A DNA stretch of 52,624 nt, from NCBI GenBank assembly GCA_964016885.1, contig CAXHJY010000371.1, forward strand, positions 1-52,624. Reading direction: 5' to 3'. The stretch is from Eledone cirrhosa. Lineage: Eukaryota. The translations under genes were made by a program, and so were the position numbers. The notes under the pieces were generated by a model. The model had not been told where the DNA came from and did no database searches. It was given only the letters and a program-made list of their open reading frames with translations. Every line of letters starts with the position of its first letter. Within the stretch, counting starts at the first letter, position 1. Shown in pieces: positions 34,568 through 49,500 of this stretch.

Positions 34568-37500
34568 CATTCGCCGCCGGACTTCAGCTTCCTCATTTAG
34601 CATGGGCAGTTTTTCTTGAAAATCACACCACACACAGCAAATGTGTGTCCGCACATGTACCAGTAATTACAGATCGATTCCGGTGAAAATTCACTGAAAA
34701 CGGGCCATCCGGCCCTGTGCGTCGATCGTGGGCCGGCCGGATGTTGACGGATCGATGTGTAATTAGAAGTACATGTGCGGACACTCATTGGCTGTGCGTG
34801 GTATGCATTTCAGCAAGATATCTCCGTAACATCAAGAGTTATGGCTGTGGAGGCACACCTAGTCAAACGTAAACAAGGTCTGGAGCGTTTACGCTTCGCG
34901 ATTTTGTTTACGTTTGACTAGGTGTGCCTCCACAGCCATAACTCTTGATGTTACGGAGATATCTTGCTGAAATGCATACCGCGCACAGCCAATGAGTGTC
35001 CGCACATGTACTTCTAATTACACATCGATCCGTCAACATCCGGCCGGCCCACGATCGACGCACAGGGCCGGATGGCCCGTTTTCAGTGAATTTTCACGGG
35101 AATCGATCTGTAATTACTGGTACATGTGCGGAGACACATTTGCTGTGTGTGGTGTGATTTTCAAGAAAAACTGCCCATGCTAAATGAGGAAGCTGAAGTC
35201 CGCCGGCGAATGGTGTGCTTCGAAGAAAACTAATTCGAAAATGACCGTTTGCAGGCGGAGTAACCTTTTCGATCGTGGGCCAGCCGCCCGTGGTGGGATC
35301 CATCTGTAATTACTGGTACATGTGCGGACATACATTTGCTGTGTGTGGTGTGATTTTCAAGAAGAACTGCCCATGCTAAATGAGGAAGCTGAAGTCCGCC
35401 GGCGAATGGTGTGCTTCGAAGAAAACTAATTCGAAAATGACCGTTTGCAGGCGGGGTAACCTTTTCGATCGTGGGCCAGCCGCCCGTGGTGGGATCCATC
35501 TGTAATTACTGGTACATGTGCGGACACACATTTGCTGTGTGTGGTGTGATTTTCGAGAAAGACTGCCCATGCTAAATGAGGAAGCTGAAGTCCGCCGGCG
35601 AATGGTGTGCTTCGAAGAAAACTAATTCGAAAATGACTATTTGCCGGCGGAATCACCTTTTCGGTCCTGGTCCGGCCGGATCTTGCCGGATCGATCGGAA
35701 ATTTGTGGACCATGTTCGGAAGGCCATTGTGCATGTGTGGTGAAAAAAATTTGTGTCGAAATCTTCTCGGAAAATAACGGATCGCCGGCGGAGATTGCCA
35801 TTTCGATCGTGGGCCGGCCGGATCTTGTCGGATCGATTCGGACATATGTGCATCGTGTTCGCAAGGCCCTTGTCTATGTGTGGTGTGATTTTCATAAAGA
35901 AATTCCGAAAAACCCAGTTTTAAATCTGATTTCGCCAAAGAATTTTGGCTATCAGATCGGGTTGAAAGGTATGGTTTCAGGTCGATCTGAAAGTCTAAAA
36001 TGGAATTCACTCGGTTAGCTAACTATTGATATATCGGAGATATCTTTCTGAAAATCACACCACACACTCCCAATGAGTGTCTGCACATGTACCAGTAATT
36101 ACAGATGGATCCCACCACGGGCGGCCGGCCCACGATCGAAAAGGTTACTCCGAAGCACACCATTCGCCGGCGGAATTCATTTAGCATGGGCAGTTTTTCT
36201 CGAAAATCACACCACACACAGCCAATGAGTGTCCGCACATGTACCAGTAATTACAGATGGATCCCACCACGGGCGGCTGGCCCACGATCGAAAAGGTTAC
36301 TCCGCCTGCAAACGGTCATTTTCGAATTCGTTTTCTTCGAAGCACACGATTCGCCGGCGGACTTCAGCCGCCTCATTTAGCATGGGCAGTTTTTCTCGAA
36401 AATCACACCACACACAGTAAATGTGTGTCCGCACATGTACCAGTAATTACAGATCGATTCCGGTGAAAATTCACTGAAAACGGGCCATTCGGCCCTGTGC
36501 GTCGATCGTGGGCCGGCCGGATGTTGACGGATCGATGTGTAATTAGAAGTACATGTGCGGACACTCATTGGCTGTGCGTGGTATGCATTTCAGCAAGATA
36601 TCTCCGTAACATCAAGAGTTATGGCTGTGGAGGCACACCTAGTCAAACGTAAACAAGCTCTGGAGCGTATACGCTTCGCGATTTTGTTTACGTTTGACTA
36701 GGTGTGCCTCCACAGCCACAACTCTTGATGTTACGGAGATATCTTGCTGAAATACATACCACGCACAGCCAATGAGTGTCCGCACATGTACTTCTAATTA
36801 CACATCGATCCGTCAACATCCGGCCGGCCCACGATCGACGCACAGGGCCGGATGGCCCGTTTTCAGTGAATTTTCACCGGAATCGATCTGTAATTACTGG
36901 TACATGTGCGGACACACATTTGCTGTGTGTGGTGTGATTTTCACGAAAAACTGCCCATGCTAAATGAGGAAGCTGAAGTCCGCCGGCGAATGGTGTGCTT
37001 CGAAGAAAACTAATTCGAAAATGACCGTTTGCAGGCGGAGTAACCTTTTCGATCGTGGGCCAGCCGCCCGTGGTGGGATACATCTGTAATTACTGGTACA
37101 TGTGCGGACACACATTTGCTGTGTGTGGTGTGATTTTCGAGAAAGACTGCCCATGCTAAATGAGGAAGCTGAAGTCCGCCGGCGAATGGTGTGCTTCGAA
37201 GAAAACTAATTCGAAAATGACTATTTGCCGGCGGAATCACCTTTTCGGTCCTGGTCCGGCCGGATCTTGCCGGATCGATCGGAAATTTGTGGACCATGTT
37301 CGGAAGGCCATTGTGCATGTGTGGTGAAAAAAATTTGTGTCGAAATCTTCTCGGAAAATAACGGATCGCCGGCGGAGATTGCCATTTCGATCGTGGGCCG
37401 GCCGGATCTTGTCGGATCGATTCGGACATATGTGCATCGTGTTCGCAAGGCCCTTGTCTATGTGTGGTGTGATTTTCATAAAGAAATTCCGAAAAACCCA

Positions 37501-40500
37501 GTTTTAAATCTGATTTCGCCAAAGAATTTTGGCTATCAGATCGGGTTGAAAGGTATGGTTTCAGGTCGATCTGAAAGTCTAAAATGGAATTCACTCGGTT
37601 AGCTAACTTTTGATATATCGGAGATATCTTTCTGAAAATCACACCACACACTCCCAATGAGTGTCTGCACATGTACCAGTAATTACAGATGGATCCCACC
37701 ACGGGCGGCCGGCCCACGATCGAAAAGGTTACTCCGAAGCATACCATTCGCCGGCGGAATTCATTTAGCATGGGCAGTTTTTCTCGAAAATCACACCACA
37801 CACAGCCAATGAGTGTCCGCACATGTACCAGTAATTACAGATGGATCCCACCACGGGCGGCTGGCCCACGATCGAAAAGGTTACTCCGCCTGCAAACGGT
37901 CATTTTCGAATTCGTTTTCTTCGAAGCACACGATTCGCCGGCGGACTTCAGCTGCCTCATTTAGCATGGGCAGTTTTTCTCGAAAATCACACCACACACA
38001 GCAAATGTGTGTCCGCACATGTACCAGTAATTACAGATCGATTCCGGTGAAAATTCACTGAAAACGGGCCATTCGGCCCTGTGCGTCGATCGTGGGCCGG
38101 CCGGATGTTGACGGATCGATGTGTAATTAGAAGTACATGTGCGGACACTCATTGGCTGTGCGTGGTATGCATTTCAGCAAGATATCTCCGTAACATCAAG
38201 AGTTATGGCTGTGGAGGCACACCTAGTCAAACGTAAACAAGCTCTGGAGCGTATACGCTTCGCGATTTTGTTTACGTTTGACTAGGTGTGCCTCCACAGC
38301 CACAACTCTTGATGTTACGGAGATATCTTGCTGAAATGCATACCACGCACAGCCAATGAGTGTCCGCACATGTACTTCTAATTACACATCGATCCGTCAA
38401 CATCCGGCCGGCCCACGATCGACGCACAGGGCCGGATGGCCCGTTTTCAGTGAATTTTCACCGGAATCGATCTGTAATTACTGGTACATGTGCGGACACA
38501 CATTTGCTGTGTGTGGTGTGATTTTCACGAAAAACTGCCCATGCTAAATGAGGAAGCTGAAGTCCGCCGGCGAATGGTGTGCTTCGAAGAAAACTAATTC
38601 GAAAATGACCGTTTGCAGGCGGAGTAACCTTTTCGATCGTGGGCCAGCCGCCCGTATTGGGATACATCTGTAATTACTGGTACATGTGCGGACACACATT
38701 TGCTGTGTGTGGTGTGATTTTCGAGAAAGACTGCCCATGCTAAATGAGGAAGCTGAAGTCCGCCGGCGAATGGTGTGCTTCGAAGAAAACTAATTCGAAA
38801 ATGACTATTTGCCGGCGGAATCACCTTTTCGGTCCTGGTCCGGCCGGATCTTGCCGGATCGATCGGAAATTTGTGGACCATGTTCGGAAGGCCATTGTGC
38901 ATGTGTGGTGAAAAAAATTTGTGTCGAAATCTTCTCGGAAAATAACGGATCGCCGGCGGAGATTGCCATTTCGATCGTGGGCCGGCCGGATCTTGTCGGA
39001 TCGATTCGGACATATGTGCATCGTGTTCGCAAAGCCCTTGTCTATGTGTGGTGTGATTTTCATAAAGAAATTCCGAAAAACCCAGTTTTAAATCTGATTT
39101 CGCCAAAGAATTTTGGCTATCAGATCGGGTTGAAAGGTATGGTTTCAGGTCGATCTGAAAGTCTAAAATGGAATTCACTCGGTTAGCTAACTTTTGATAT
39201 ATCGGAGATATCTTTCTGAAAATCACACCACACACTCCCAATGAGTGTCTGCACATGTACCAGTAATTACAGATGGATCCCACCACGGGCGGCCGGCCCA
39301 CGATCGAAAAGGTTACTCCGAAGCACACCATTCGCCGGCGGAATTCATTTAGCATGGGCAGTTTTTCTCGGAAATCACACCACACACAGCCAATGAGTGT
39401 CCGCACATGTACCAGTAATTACAGATGGATCCCACCACGGGCGGCTGGCCCACGATCGAAAAGGTTACTCCGCCTGCAAACGGTCATTTTCGAATTCGTT
39501 TTCTTCGAAGCACACGATTCGCCGGCGGACTTCAGCTGCCTCATTTAGCATGGGCAGTTTTTCTCGAAAATCACACCACACACAGCAAATGTGTGTCCGC
39601 ACATGTACCAGTAATTACAGATCGATTCCGGTGAAAATTCACTGAAAACGGGCCATTCGGCCCTGTGCGTCGATCGTGGGCCGGCCGGATGTTGACGGAT
39701 CGATGTGTAATTAGAAGTACATGTGCGGACACTCATTGGCTGTGCCTGGTATGCATTTCAGCAAGATATCTCCGTAACATCAAGAGTTATGGCTGTGGAG
39801 GCACACCTAGTCAAACGTAAACAAGCTCTGGAGCGTATACGCTTCGCGATTTTGTTTACGTTTGACTAGGTGTGCCTCCACAGCCACAACTCTTGATGTT
39901 ACGGAGATATCTTGCTGAAATGCATACCACGCACAGCCAATGAGTGTCCGCACATGTACTCTAATTACACATCGATCCGTCAACATCCGGCCGGCTCACG
40001 ATCGACGCACAGGGCCGGATGGCCCGTTTTCAGTGAATTTTCACCGGAATCGATCTGTAATTACTGGTACATGTGCGGACACACATTTGCTGTGTGTGGT
40101 GTGATTTTCACGAAAAACTGCCCATGCTAAATGAGGAAGCTGAAGTCCGCCGGCGAATGGTGTGCTTCGAAGAAAACTAATTCGAAAATGACCGTTTGCA
40201 GGCGGAGTAACCTTTTCGATCGTGGGCCAGCCGCCCGTGGTGGGATACATCTGTAATTACTGGTACATGTGCGGACACACATTTGCTGTGTGTGGTGTGA
40301 TTTTCGAGAAAGACTGCCCATGCTAAATGAGGAAGCTGAAGTCCGCCGGCGAATGGTGTGCTTCGAAGAAAACTAATTCGAAAATGACTATTTGCCGGCG
40401 GAATCACCTTTTCGGTCCTGGTCCGGCCGGATCTTGTCGGATCGATTCGGACATATGTGCATCGTGTTCGCAAGGCCCTTGTCTATGTGTGGTGTGATTT

Positions 40501-41031
40501 TCATAAAGAAATTCTGAAAAACCCAGTTTTAAATCTGATTTCGCCAAAGAATTTTGGGTATCAGATCGGGTTGAAAGGTATGGTTTCAGGTCGATCTGAA
40601 AGTTTAAAATGGAATTCACTCGGTTAGTTAACTTTTGATATATCGGAGATATCTTTCTGAAAATCACACCACACACTCCCAATGAGTGTCTGCACATGTC
40701 CCAGTAATTACAGATGGATCCCACCACGGGCGGCCGGCCCACGATCGAAAAGGTTACTCCGAAGCACACCATTCGCCGGCGGACTTCATTTAGCATGGGC
40801 AGTTTTTCTTGAAGATCACACCACACACAGCCAATCAGTGTCCGCACATGTACCAGTAATTACAGATGGATCCCACTACGGGCGGCTGGCCCACGATCGA
40901 AAAGGTTACTCCGCCTGCAAACGGTCATTTTCGAATTCGTTTTCTTCGAAGCACACCATTCGCCGGCGGACTTCAGCTGCCTCATTTAGCATGGGCAGCT
41001 TTTCTCGAAAATCACAACACACACAGCCAAT
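34568..41031. repeat. Palindromic higher-order satellite, array 2
   Basis: Centres at ~34890, 36670, 38254 and 39838; the last unit has an internal deletion. Confidence 0.95.
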
Positions 41032-41074
41032 GAGTTTAAAATACTCACCGTTTGATTTGGAAAAACTTAAAATG

Positions 41075-41110
41075 CTCACATATATATGTGTATGTATTTA
41101 TCTATGCATG

Positions 41111-41150
<40 letters not shown>

Positions 41151-41630
41151 TGTATTTATCTATGTATTTATCTATATGCATGGATATATATATATATATA
41201 TATATATTTATCTATGTATTTATCTATATGCATGGATATATATATATATATATATATGTATTTATCTATGCATGTATGAATATATAAAATATATATATAT
41301 ATATATGTGTGTATGTATTTATCTATGCATGTATGAATATATAAAATATATATATATATATATATGTATGTATTTATCTATGCATGTATATATATATAAA
41401 ATATATACATAAATATATATATATATGTATTTATCTATGCATGTGTGCATACATATATATATATATATATGTATTTATCTATACATGTATGTATATATAT
41501 ATATATACATATATAAGTATTTATCTATACATGTATGTATATATATATATACATATATATGTATTTATCTATACATGTATGTATATATATATATATATAT
41601 ACATATATATGTATTTATCTATACATGTAT

Positions 41631-41663
<33 letters not shown>

Positions 41664-42155
41664 AGTATTTATCTATACATGTATGTATATATAAAATATT
41701 GTCATGTTTACAAAAATATTTTTCTAATATCGTGTTTAATATTTTATATTGTCGTCTGCTTCTCTTCTCACGTGGTTACTTACTCTCTCACCCTCTCTCT
41801 CTTTCCCCTCTCATACAACCCCTTCTTTCTCTTTCTTTCCCCTCTCACACAACCTCTTCTTTCTCTCTCTTTTTGCCAGTCCCTTCTCTCACTCTCTCTC
41901 CCTCTTCCTTTTTTATCTCTTTCTTTCTGTCTCTGTTTCCCTCCTATAGACATTCTCTCTCTCTCTTTCTGCTCTCACTCAGCCTTCTCTCTCTTTCCCC
42001 TCTCACACAGTCTTCTCTCTCTCTCTTTCCCCTCTCACACAGCATTCTCTCTCTCTCTCTCTCTCTTTCCCCTCTCACACAGCATTCTCTCTCTCTCTCT
42101 CTCTTTATTTCCCCTCTCACACAGCCTTCTCTCTCTATCTATCTATCTCTCTCTC
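41075..42155. repeat. TA-rich minisatellite followed by CT-rich minisatellite
   Basis: Units ATGTATTTATCTATGCATGT(AT)n and TTTCCCCTCTCACACAGC(CT)n. Confidence 0.9.
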
Positions 42156-43149
42156 TGGAGATTTTTTAACACAAAGTCACACAAGGATTAGAAAAATGGC
42201 GATAATCACTTTGAAAGTAACAATTATGCAATAAATAGTTGTTATTGCCACGTCTCGTATCCTCCTTTGGCAATGTGTAAAATGTTAGCGAGATCGAGTG
42301 AACAATACACAAGTTATAATACTTTACAGACGGGACTTATACAGTAGATGTAGCAAAATGCGTAGATTACGATTCTTGAGACGAGATTAAAATATACGAT
42401 TATGGGATACTTTAAGAAGACGAGTAGATGTTTGAGTAGATTTAGCTGCTTTTTCTAGCATTTTTAGTTATACTTTGAAGCACATTTTTTTTGTTACTAT
42501 TATATTAAAAGTTATCTGGTTACGTTATTTGACTGGTATTTCTAGCATTTTACAAGGACCACGTGTGTGTTTTATTTAAGGAAGATCTAGTTGTTATTTC
42601 TGATATTTTCTTCATCAAGTTAGTTGCTATTTCCTGCATCCTCTTGAAGACAAGAAATAATAATGAATTAGCTGCTGTTTCTAGTAGGTTCTATGGTAGT
42701 GATGAGCGTGGGAGGGGGGTTTGACTGCTATTTTTAGCAGGTTCTAAGGCATTGAGGTTTATGTTTTACGAGAGATTTGGCTGTTATTTCTAACATGTTA
42801 TAATGGAGAGAGAGAGAGAGAGAGTATAAGATATACAGAGAGAGGGAGTATAAGATATAGAGAGAGGGGAAACGGCCGATGTTTACGTTGAGAAAACCTA
42901 ATAAAATGTTATAAATGGGTTTATAAAGAATAGAATGAGATAAACAAGACAAAGTTAGATAAAATAAATCAGCTGTAAGGATATTATACGATATATTTAT
43001 AATATTTTAATATATTTTTCCTGGTCGTCTGCTGCCATTGATAGAGAGAGGAGTGGTGGGAGGTAGCCATAACAACCGTGGTAGCAGCACTGAGGTTTGT
43101 TTTTAAAGAAGTGAATACAAGAAAAACAAGCAACTAAGAATATTAATCT

Positions 43150-43760
43150 CTTAAACCCTTCAAGATGTGTATGACAAGAAAGAAGACGTTTTAGAGTCGT
43201 ATGACATAGATGATAACTGGAAATTCTTACGTGACAACTTACTGCAGGCTACTGAAGAAACTTGTGGCTGGAGCAGAGCTCCGACCAGACAGAGAGTGAC
43301 CTGGTGGTGGGACAACACGGTAGATAAGGCCATTAGAGACAAAAGACTAGCATGGAACACTTGAAAAAATGGTGGGAGTAGAGACCGATACACAGCTGCT
43401 AAGAGAGAAGCTAGACGTCAGATGTACTTAGCACGCACGGAGGCTGAGAGTAGGAGGTTTGCCAATGTTCTGTGATGGGAAGATCAGAGGCGTGCGGTGT
43501 TCCACATTGCAAGGCATGGTGTCAGTGTAAATCAGGATGTTGTTGGAGATAAGTGTATCCGGAATGATGCCAGTGTACTTGGTGTCACGAATGATCAAAA
43601 AAAGGAGGCCTGGAAATATCATTATGAGAGGCTGATGAATTGTGGAGAATGAATGGGAGAGAGGGAAACTATCCCCAGTAGACTCAACAGAGGGACCAGC
43701 TATTGAGATTGGGGAATATAGGGTACAAGAGGCAATTAAGGAAATGAAGAATGGCAAGGC
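43150..43760 (+). pseudogene. Decayed RTE-clade LINE fragment (EN-RT linker)
   Basis: LLQATEETCGW..TWWWDNTV and VQEAIKEMKNGKA. Confidence 0.75.
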
Positions 43761-43761
43761 T

Positions 43762-46591
43762 ACATTTAACCCTTTAGCATTTAAACCAGCCATACCTAGC
43801 CAGAATACTCTCACATCTTTCTGTTCAAACCAGCCATAACTGGCCACTCATACTGACGTTAAGGTATTGTTCTCAATATAAATAATATCAAAATCTCATA
43901 GATTCGATATTATATGAGATAATTATGTAAGATAAAGCCTTTACCACAAAAATACAATAGTATATATAGAGTAATAAAAATGCTAAAGGGTAAAAGTAGC
44001 TTATTATTTTGTGAGCTCTTGCTACTTATTGCTCTTGTGCATCAAGAACATACACAGCTTACATTTTGTTGCTAATCTCACTGAGATCCAACTACATCTC
44101 TTGTTTATCCATAGTTTGGAATTTCTACCTACTCCTTTCCTTTAGAATGATCAAGGCCATTTTCTTGTGGGGATCTAGGCCCTGTTTTCCTTTCTATTTT
44201 GCCAAGTTATCTTACATCACTTTCATTCTAGACCATGCTTCCAGGTTTGGAATTTCTCCTCTAATTTTACCACAGATTAAGTGACAAGGGTTCAATCATG
44301 TGCATACAGGAGTTCCCATGGACAGCCAGTAATATGTAATAGCCTGCAGGATGATAATAAACAGAAGAGGGTTAATTACAGAGCCCTGATAGAGGGTTAA
44401 TAACAGAGCCCTGATAGACTTGTTCACTCAACTCCTCACTATAGCCATCATTACTTTTAACCTTACTGACTGCTCCTCCATACATGGCTTTTACTGCTCT
44501 CACAAGCCACTCATATACCCCTAGTTTTCTAAGTTATACACCAGATTAGGGAAGGGGGAAGTCTCACAGAAGCTCTCTCTGGGTCAACAAATGCCAAGTA
44601 GAGGGGCTTATTTTAGCTAGGTACTACTCTTGCAGTTGCCACACAAGGAAGAGGACATCAGTGGTACTTTTACCTGGCACAAATCCAAACTTCATCTCAT
44701 CTAGGTTAACTTGGTCCCTAATCAGCTGTGTTATAAATCTAACACCTTCATGAAGTGGTCCATCTAATATCTCTATAGTTTTCTAGCTCTAGTACATCTC
44801 CTTTGCCCTTGTAGCAGTTGATGATGATGATACTACACCATTTATTTGGTATGACACCATTTTGTATTACATGCTGTACGATACCAGTGGTTAAGATGTG
44901 ACCCACCATCCCAGATACTTTCAGTATCTCAGCAACTATCACCAATGGACAAGATACTTTCTCTGTCTTCATATCCTTAATTACCTTACTTCATATCCTT
45001 AATTACCTTACTGCTTACTTGTATGGCTGGACCCTCTGTTGGGCCCACTTTCCGTAGACTATCTTCCTCCCATGCATTCTCCTCATTCAGTAATCTTTCA
45101 TAAAGGCATTTCCATGTTACAAAGGTTGGCTGAAAAGTTCATAGACTATCAATGATAGCATGATGCTAGAGCTGTGAAATCTTGCCTGCATTAATTTCAA
45201 CTCTTCTTATTAATAACTGCATTGTTTCCTTCCAGGGACTATGTTGAAAAATAAACCTCATTTGGTCATTCCATGAGTGTATCTTGGTCTGCCTATGAAC
45301 TTTTCAGCTGACCCTATTCAGCATCAGTGAGCCCAAATGCCCCATTATCATCCTGGACACACTTTACCCCAACATCACAATTTGCCCTCACACACTGCCT
45401 CACAATCCTGAACATCTCATGTATTTCATCCTCACATCATAAAACCAACTGAAATTATATATTCTCTGCTTCCCTCCTTGCAAAGAATACTTCTTGCCTA
45501 GCTTCCTGTAGTGTACCCTCCAGCTGCCTCCATTCTGCCATTATTCCATGCCTGTCTCTTGGCCTTAACTGTCTCATCTACCCTAGTGTTTCACCACCAA
45601 GATACTCTCCTCTCTGAAGCCCTGCTCCAGCCACAGATCTAGTTTGACACCTTCAGCAAAGGTTCTTTAAGGAACTCCCACTGTTCCCCTATATTGTATG
45701 TTTCTATTTGTTCTTCCTTACTGTTGTAAAGATCAAACAAAATATCTCTAAATTTGGAACTGGCTGAGGGGTCCTTTAACTTCCATATCCTTCTCCTCCA
45801 AGTTGCCCTCAGTCTTCAAGTTCATCTAAGTCTATGAAATCACTAACTACTGGGTTATGTTGGGAGGTGCATTCTTCCCCAGGGGGTGGGGATTGTGTGT
45901 TTACAAATGTCAATATCTCATCTTCTGGTGAGGATAAAAATCTGACTGGCATGCTCCTCTGACCAATAGGTGTTGAAGTGGTTGTCGGGTAAACGTTAAG
46001 ACCCTCTGATATACATATATATATATATACTAGCAGTGGTACCCGGCGTTGCACGGGATAACGTATTTCGGAACGCGGGCCGCCATCTTCCACTTCAGCC
46101 GGTCGCCCTAAAGTGTTGGCTATTCAGTCTACTTGAGGCCAGTTGGTGAGGGGGGGTAAAGCTTTCAGTGTGCTACTACCCTCACGGTCAAATAGAAAGG
46201 GAGAGGAAGAAAAGTCAGCGTTAATATCGTGCTACACGTTTGAAAGGTTGGATGACCTTAGAGTTCACCAGGGTGGGGGGTTCTAAAAGTATCTATCTTG
46301 GTATTTTATCTTAGAAGTAATCATTACAGAGTGTACTGGGTGTATTTTAGTGGGCAGTAATTCCATAAAGAACACAGTATAATCTGTGGACACAAGCCTT
46401 GCAGTGTGATTACAGGCAGGTTAATGGGAAAGATAGATTATATATGTGACATGATGTACATGAGAAGTGAGGACACAGACCACACATGAAATAGATTCCT
46501 ACAACTGTCAGGGAGGCTCCCTAGAATTACAGATGACATATTTCAATATCTCGGTGATCAAGTTAGCAGTGGAGGAAGAATCTCTAAAAGT
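43762..46591 (+). repeat. Segmental duplicate of 8378-11207 (includes MITE 43770-43990, RTE remnant, mariner-like MITE and Helitron end at 46030)
   Basis: Constant offset of 35384 and identical ORF translations. Confidence 0.95.
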
Positions 46592-49500
46592 CACACCACA
46601 CACAGCCAATGAGTGTCCGCACATGTACCAGTAATTACAGATGGATCCCACCACGGGCGGCTGGCCCACGATCGAAAAGGTTACTCCGCCTGCAAACGGT
46701 CATTTTCGAATTCGTTTTCTTCGAAGCACACGATTCGCCGGCGGACTTCAGCTGCCTCATTTAGCATGGGCAGTTTTTCTCGAAAATCACACCACACACA
46801 GCAAATGTGTGTCCGCACATGTACCAGTAATTACAGATCGATTCCGGTGAAAATTCACTGAAAACGGGCCATTCGGCCCTGTGCGTCGATCGTGGGCCGG
46901 CCGGATGTTGACGGATCGATGTGTAATTAGAAGTACATGTGCGGACACTCATTGGCTGTGCGTGGTATGCATTTCAGCAAGATATCTCCGTAACATCAAG
47001 AGTTATGGCTGTGGAGGCACACCTAGTCAAACGTAAACAAGCTCTGGAGCGTATACGCTTCGCGATTTTGTTTACGTTTGACTAGGTGTGCCTCCACAGC
47101 CACAACTCTTGATGTTACGGAGATATCTTGCTGAAATGCATACCACGCACAGCCAATGAGTGTCCGCACATGTACTTCTAATTACACATCGATCCGTCAA
47201 CATCCGGCCGGCCCACGATCGGCGCACAGGGCCGGATGGCCCGTTTTCAGTGAATTTTCACCGGAATCGATCTGTAATTACTGGTACATGTGCGGACACA
47301 CATTTGCTGTGTGTGGTGTGATTTTCAAGAAGAACTGCCCATGCTAAATGAGGAAGCTGAAGTCCGCCGGCGAATGGTGTGCTTCGAAGAAAACTAATTC
47401 GAAAATGACCGTTTGCAGGCGGGGTAACCTTTTCGATCGTGGGCCAGCCGCCCGTGGTGGGATCCATCTGTAATTACTGGTACATGTGCGGACACACATT
47501 TGCTGTGTGTGGTGTGATTTTCGAGAAAGACTGCCCATGCTAAATGAGGAAGCTGAAGTCCGCCGGCGAATGGTGTGCTTCGAAGAAAACTAATTCGAAA
47601 ATGACTATTTGCCGGCGGAATCACCTTTTCGGTCCTGGTCCGGCCGGATCTTGCCGGATCGATCGGAAATTTGTGGACCATGTTCGGAAGGCCATTGTGC
47701 ATGTGTGGTGAAAAAAATTTGTGTCGAAATCTTCTCGGAAAATAACGGATCGCCGGCGGAGATTGCCATTTCGATCGTGGGCCGGCCGGATCTTGTCGGA
47801 TCGATTCGGACATATGTGCATCGTGTTCGCAAGGCCCTTGTCTATGTGTGGTGTGATTTTCATAAAGAAATTCCGAAAAACCCAGTTTTAAATCTGATTT
47901 CGCCAAAGAATTTTGGCTATCAGATCGGGTTGAAAGGTATGGTTTCAGGTCGATCTGAAAGTCTAAAATGGAATTCACTCGGTTAGCTAACTATTGATAT
48001 ATCGGAGATATCTTTCTGAAAATCACACCACACACTCCCAATGAGTGTCTGCACATGTACCAGTAATTACAGATGGATCCCACCACGGGCGGCCGGCCCA
48101 CGATCGAAAAGGTTACTCCGAAGCACACCATTCGCCGGCGGAATTCATTTAGCATGGGCAGTTTTTCTCGAAAATCACACCACACACAGCCAATGAGTGT
48201 CCGCACATGTACCAGTAATTACAGATGGATCCCACCACGGGCGGCTGGCCCACGATCGAAAAGGTTACTCCGCCTGCAAACGGTCATTTTCGAATTCGTT
48301 TTCTTCGAAGCACACGATTCGCCGGCGGACTTCAGCTGCCTCATTTAGCATGGGCAGTTTTTCTCGAAAATCACACCACACACAGCAAATGTGTGTCCGC
48401 ACATGTACCAGTAATTACAGATCGATTCCGGTGAAAATTCACTGAAAACGGGCCATTCGGCCCTGTGCGTCGATCGTGGGCCGGCCGGATGTTGACGGAT
48501 CGATGTGTAATTAGAAGTACATGTGCGGACACTCATTGGCTGTGCGTGGTATGCATTTCAGCAAGATATCTCCGTCACATCAAGAGTTATGGCTGTGGAG
48601 GCACACCTAGTCAAACGTAAACAAGCTCTGGAGCGTATACGCTTCGCGATTTTGTTTACGTTTGACTAGGTGTGCCTCCACAGCCACAACTCTTGATGTT
48701 ACGGAGATATCTTGCTGAAATGCATACCACGCACAGCCAATGAGTGTCCGCACATGTACTTCTAATTACACATCGATCCGTCAACATCCGGCCGGCCCAC
48801 GATCGACGCACAGGGCCGGATGGCCCGTTTTCAGTGAATTTTCACCGGAATCGATCTGTAATTACTGGTACATGTGCGGACACACATTTGCTGTGTGTGG
48901 TGTGATTTTCACGAAAAACTGCCCATGCTAAATGAGGAAGCTGAAGTCCGCCGGCGAATGGTGTGCTTCGAAGAAAACTAATTCGAAAATGACCGTTTGC
49001 AGGCGGAGTAACCTTTTCGATCGTGGGCCAGCCGCCCGTATTGGGATACATCTGTAATTACTGGTACATGTGCGGACACACATTTGCTGTGTGTGGTGTG
49101 ATTTTCGAGAAAGACTGCCCATGCTAAATGAGGAAGCTGAAGTCCGCCGGCGAATGGTGTGCTTCGAAGAAAACTAATTCGAAAATGACTATTTGCCGGC
49201 GGAATCACCTTTTCGGTCCTGGTCCGGCCGGATCTTGCCGGATCGATCGGAAATTTGTGGACCATGTTCGGAAGGCCATTGTGCATGTGTGGTGAAAAAA
49301 ATTTGTGTCGAAATCTTCTCGGAAAATAACGGATCGCCGGCGGAGATTGCCATTTCGATCGTGGGCCGGCCGGATCTTGTCGGATCGATTCGGACATATG
49401 TGCATCGTGTTCGCAAGGCCCTTGTCTATGTGTGGTGTGATTTTCATAAAGAAATTCCGAAAAACCCAGTTTTAAATCTGATTTCGCCAAAGAATTTTGG

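Larger units (their letters stand above)
32518..38390 (+). repeat. Segmental duplicate of ~1546-7405 (homology extends left through the rRNA satellite)
   Basis: Offset 30972-30983; the unique part 1546-3585 differs mainly in microsatellite lengths. Confidence 0.9.
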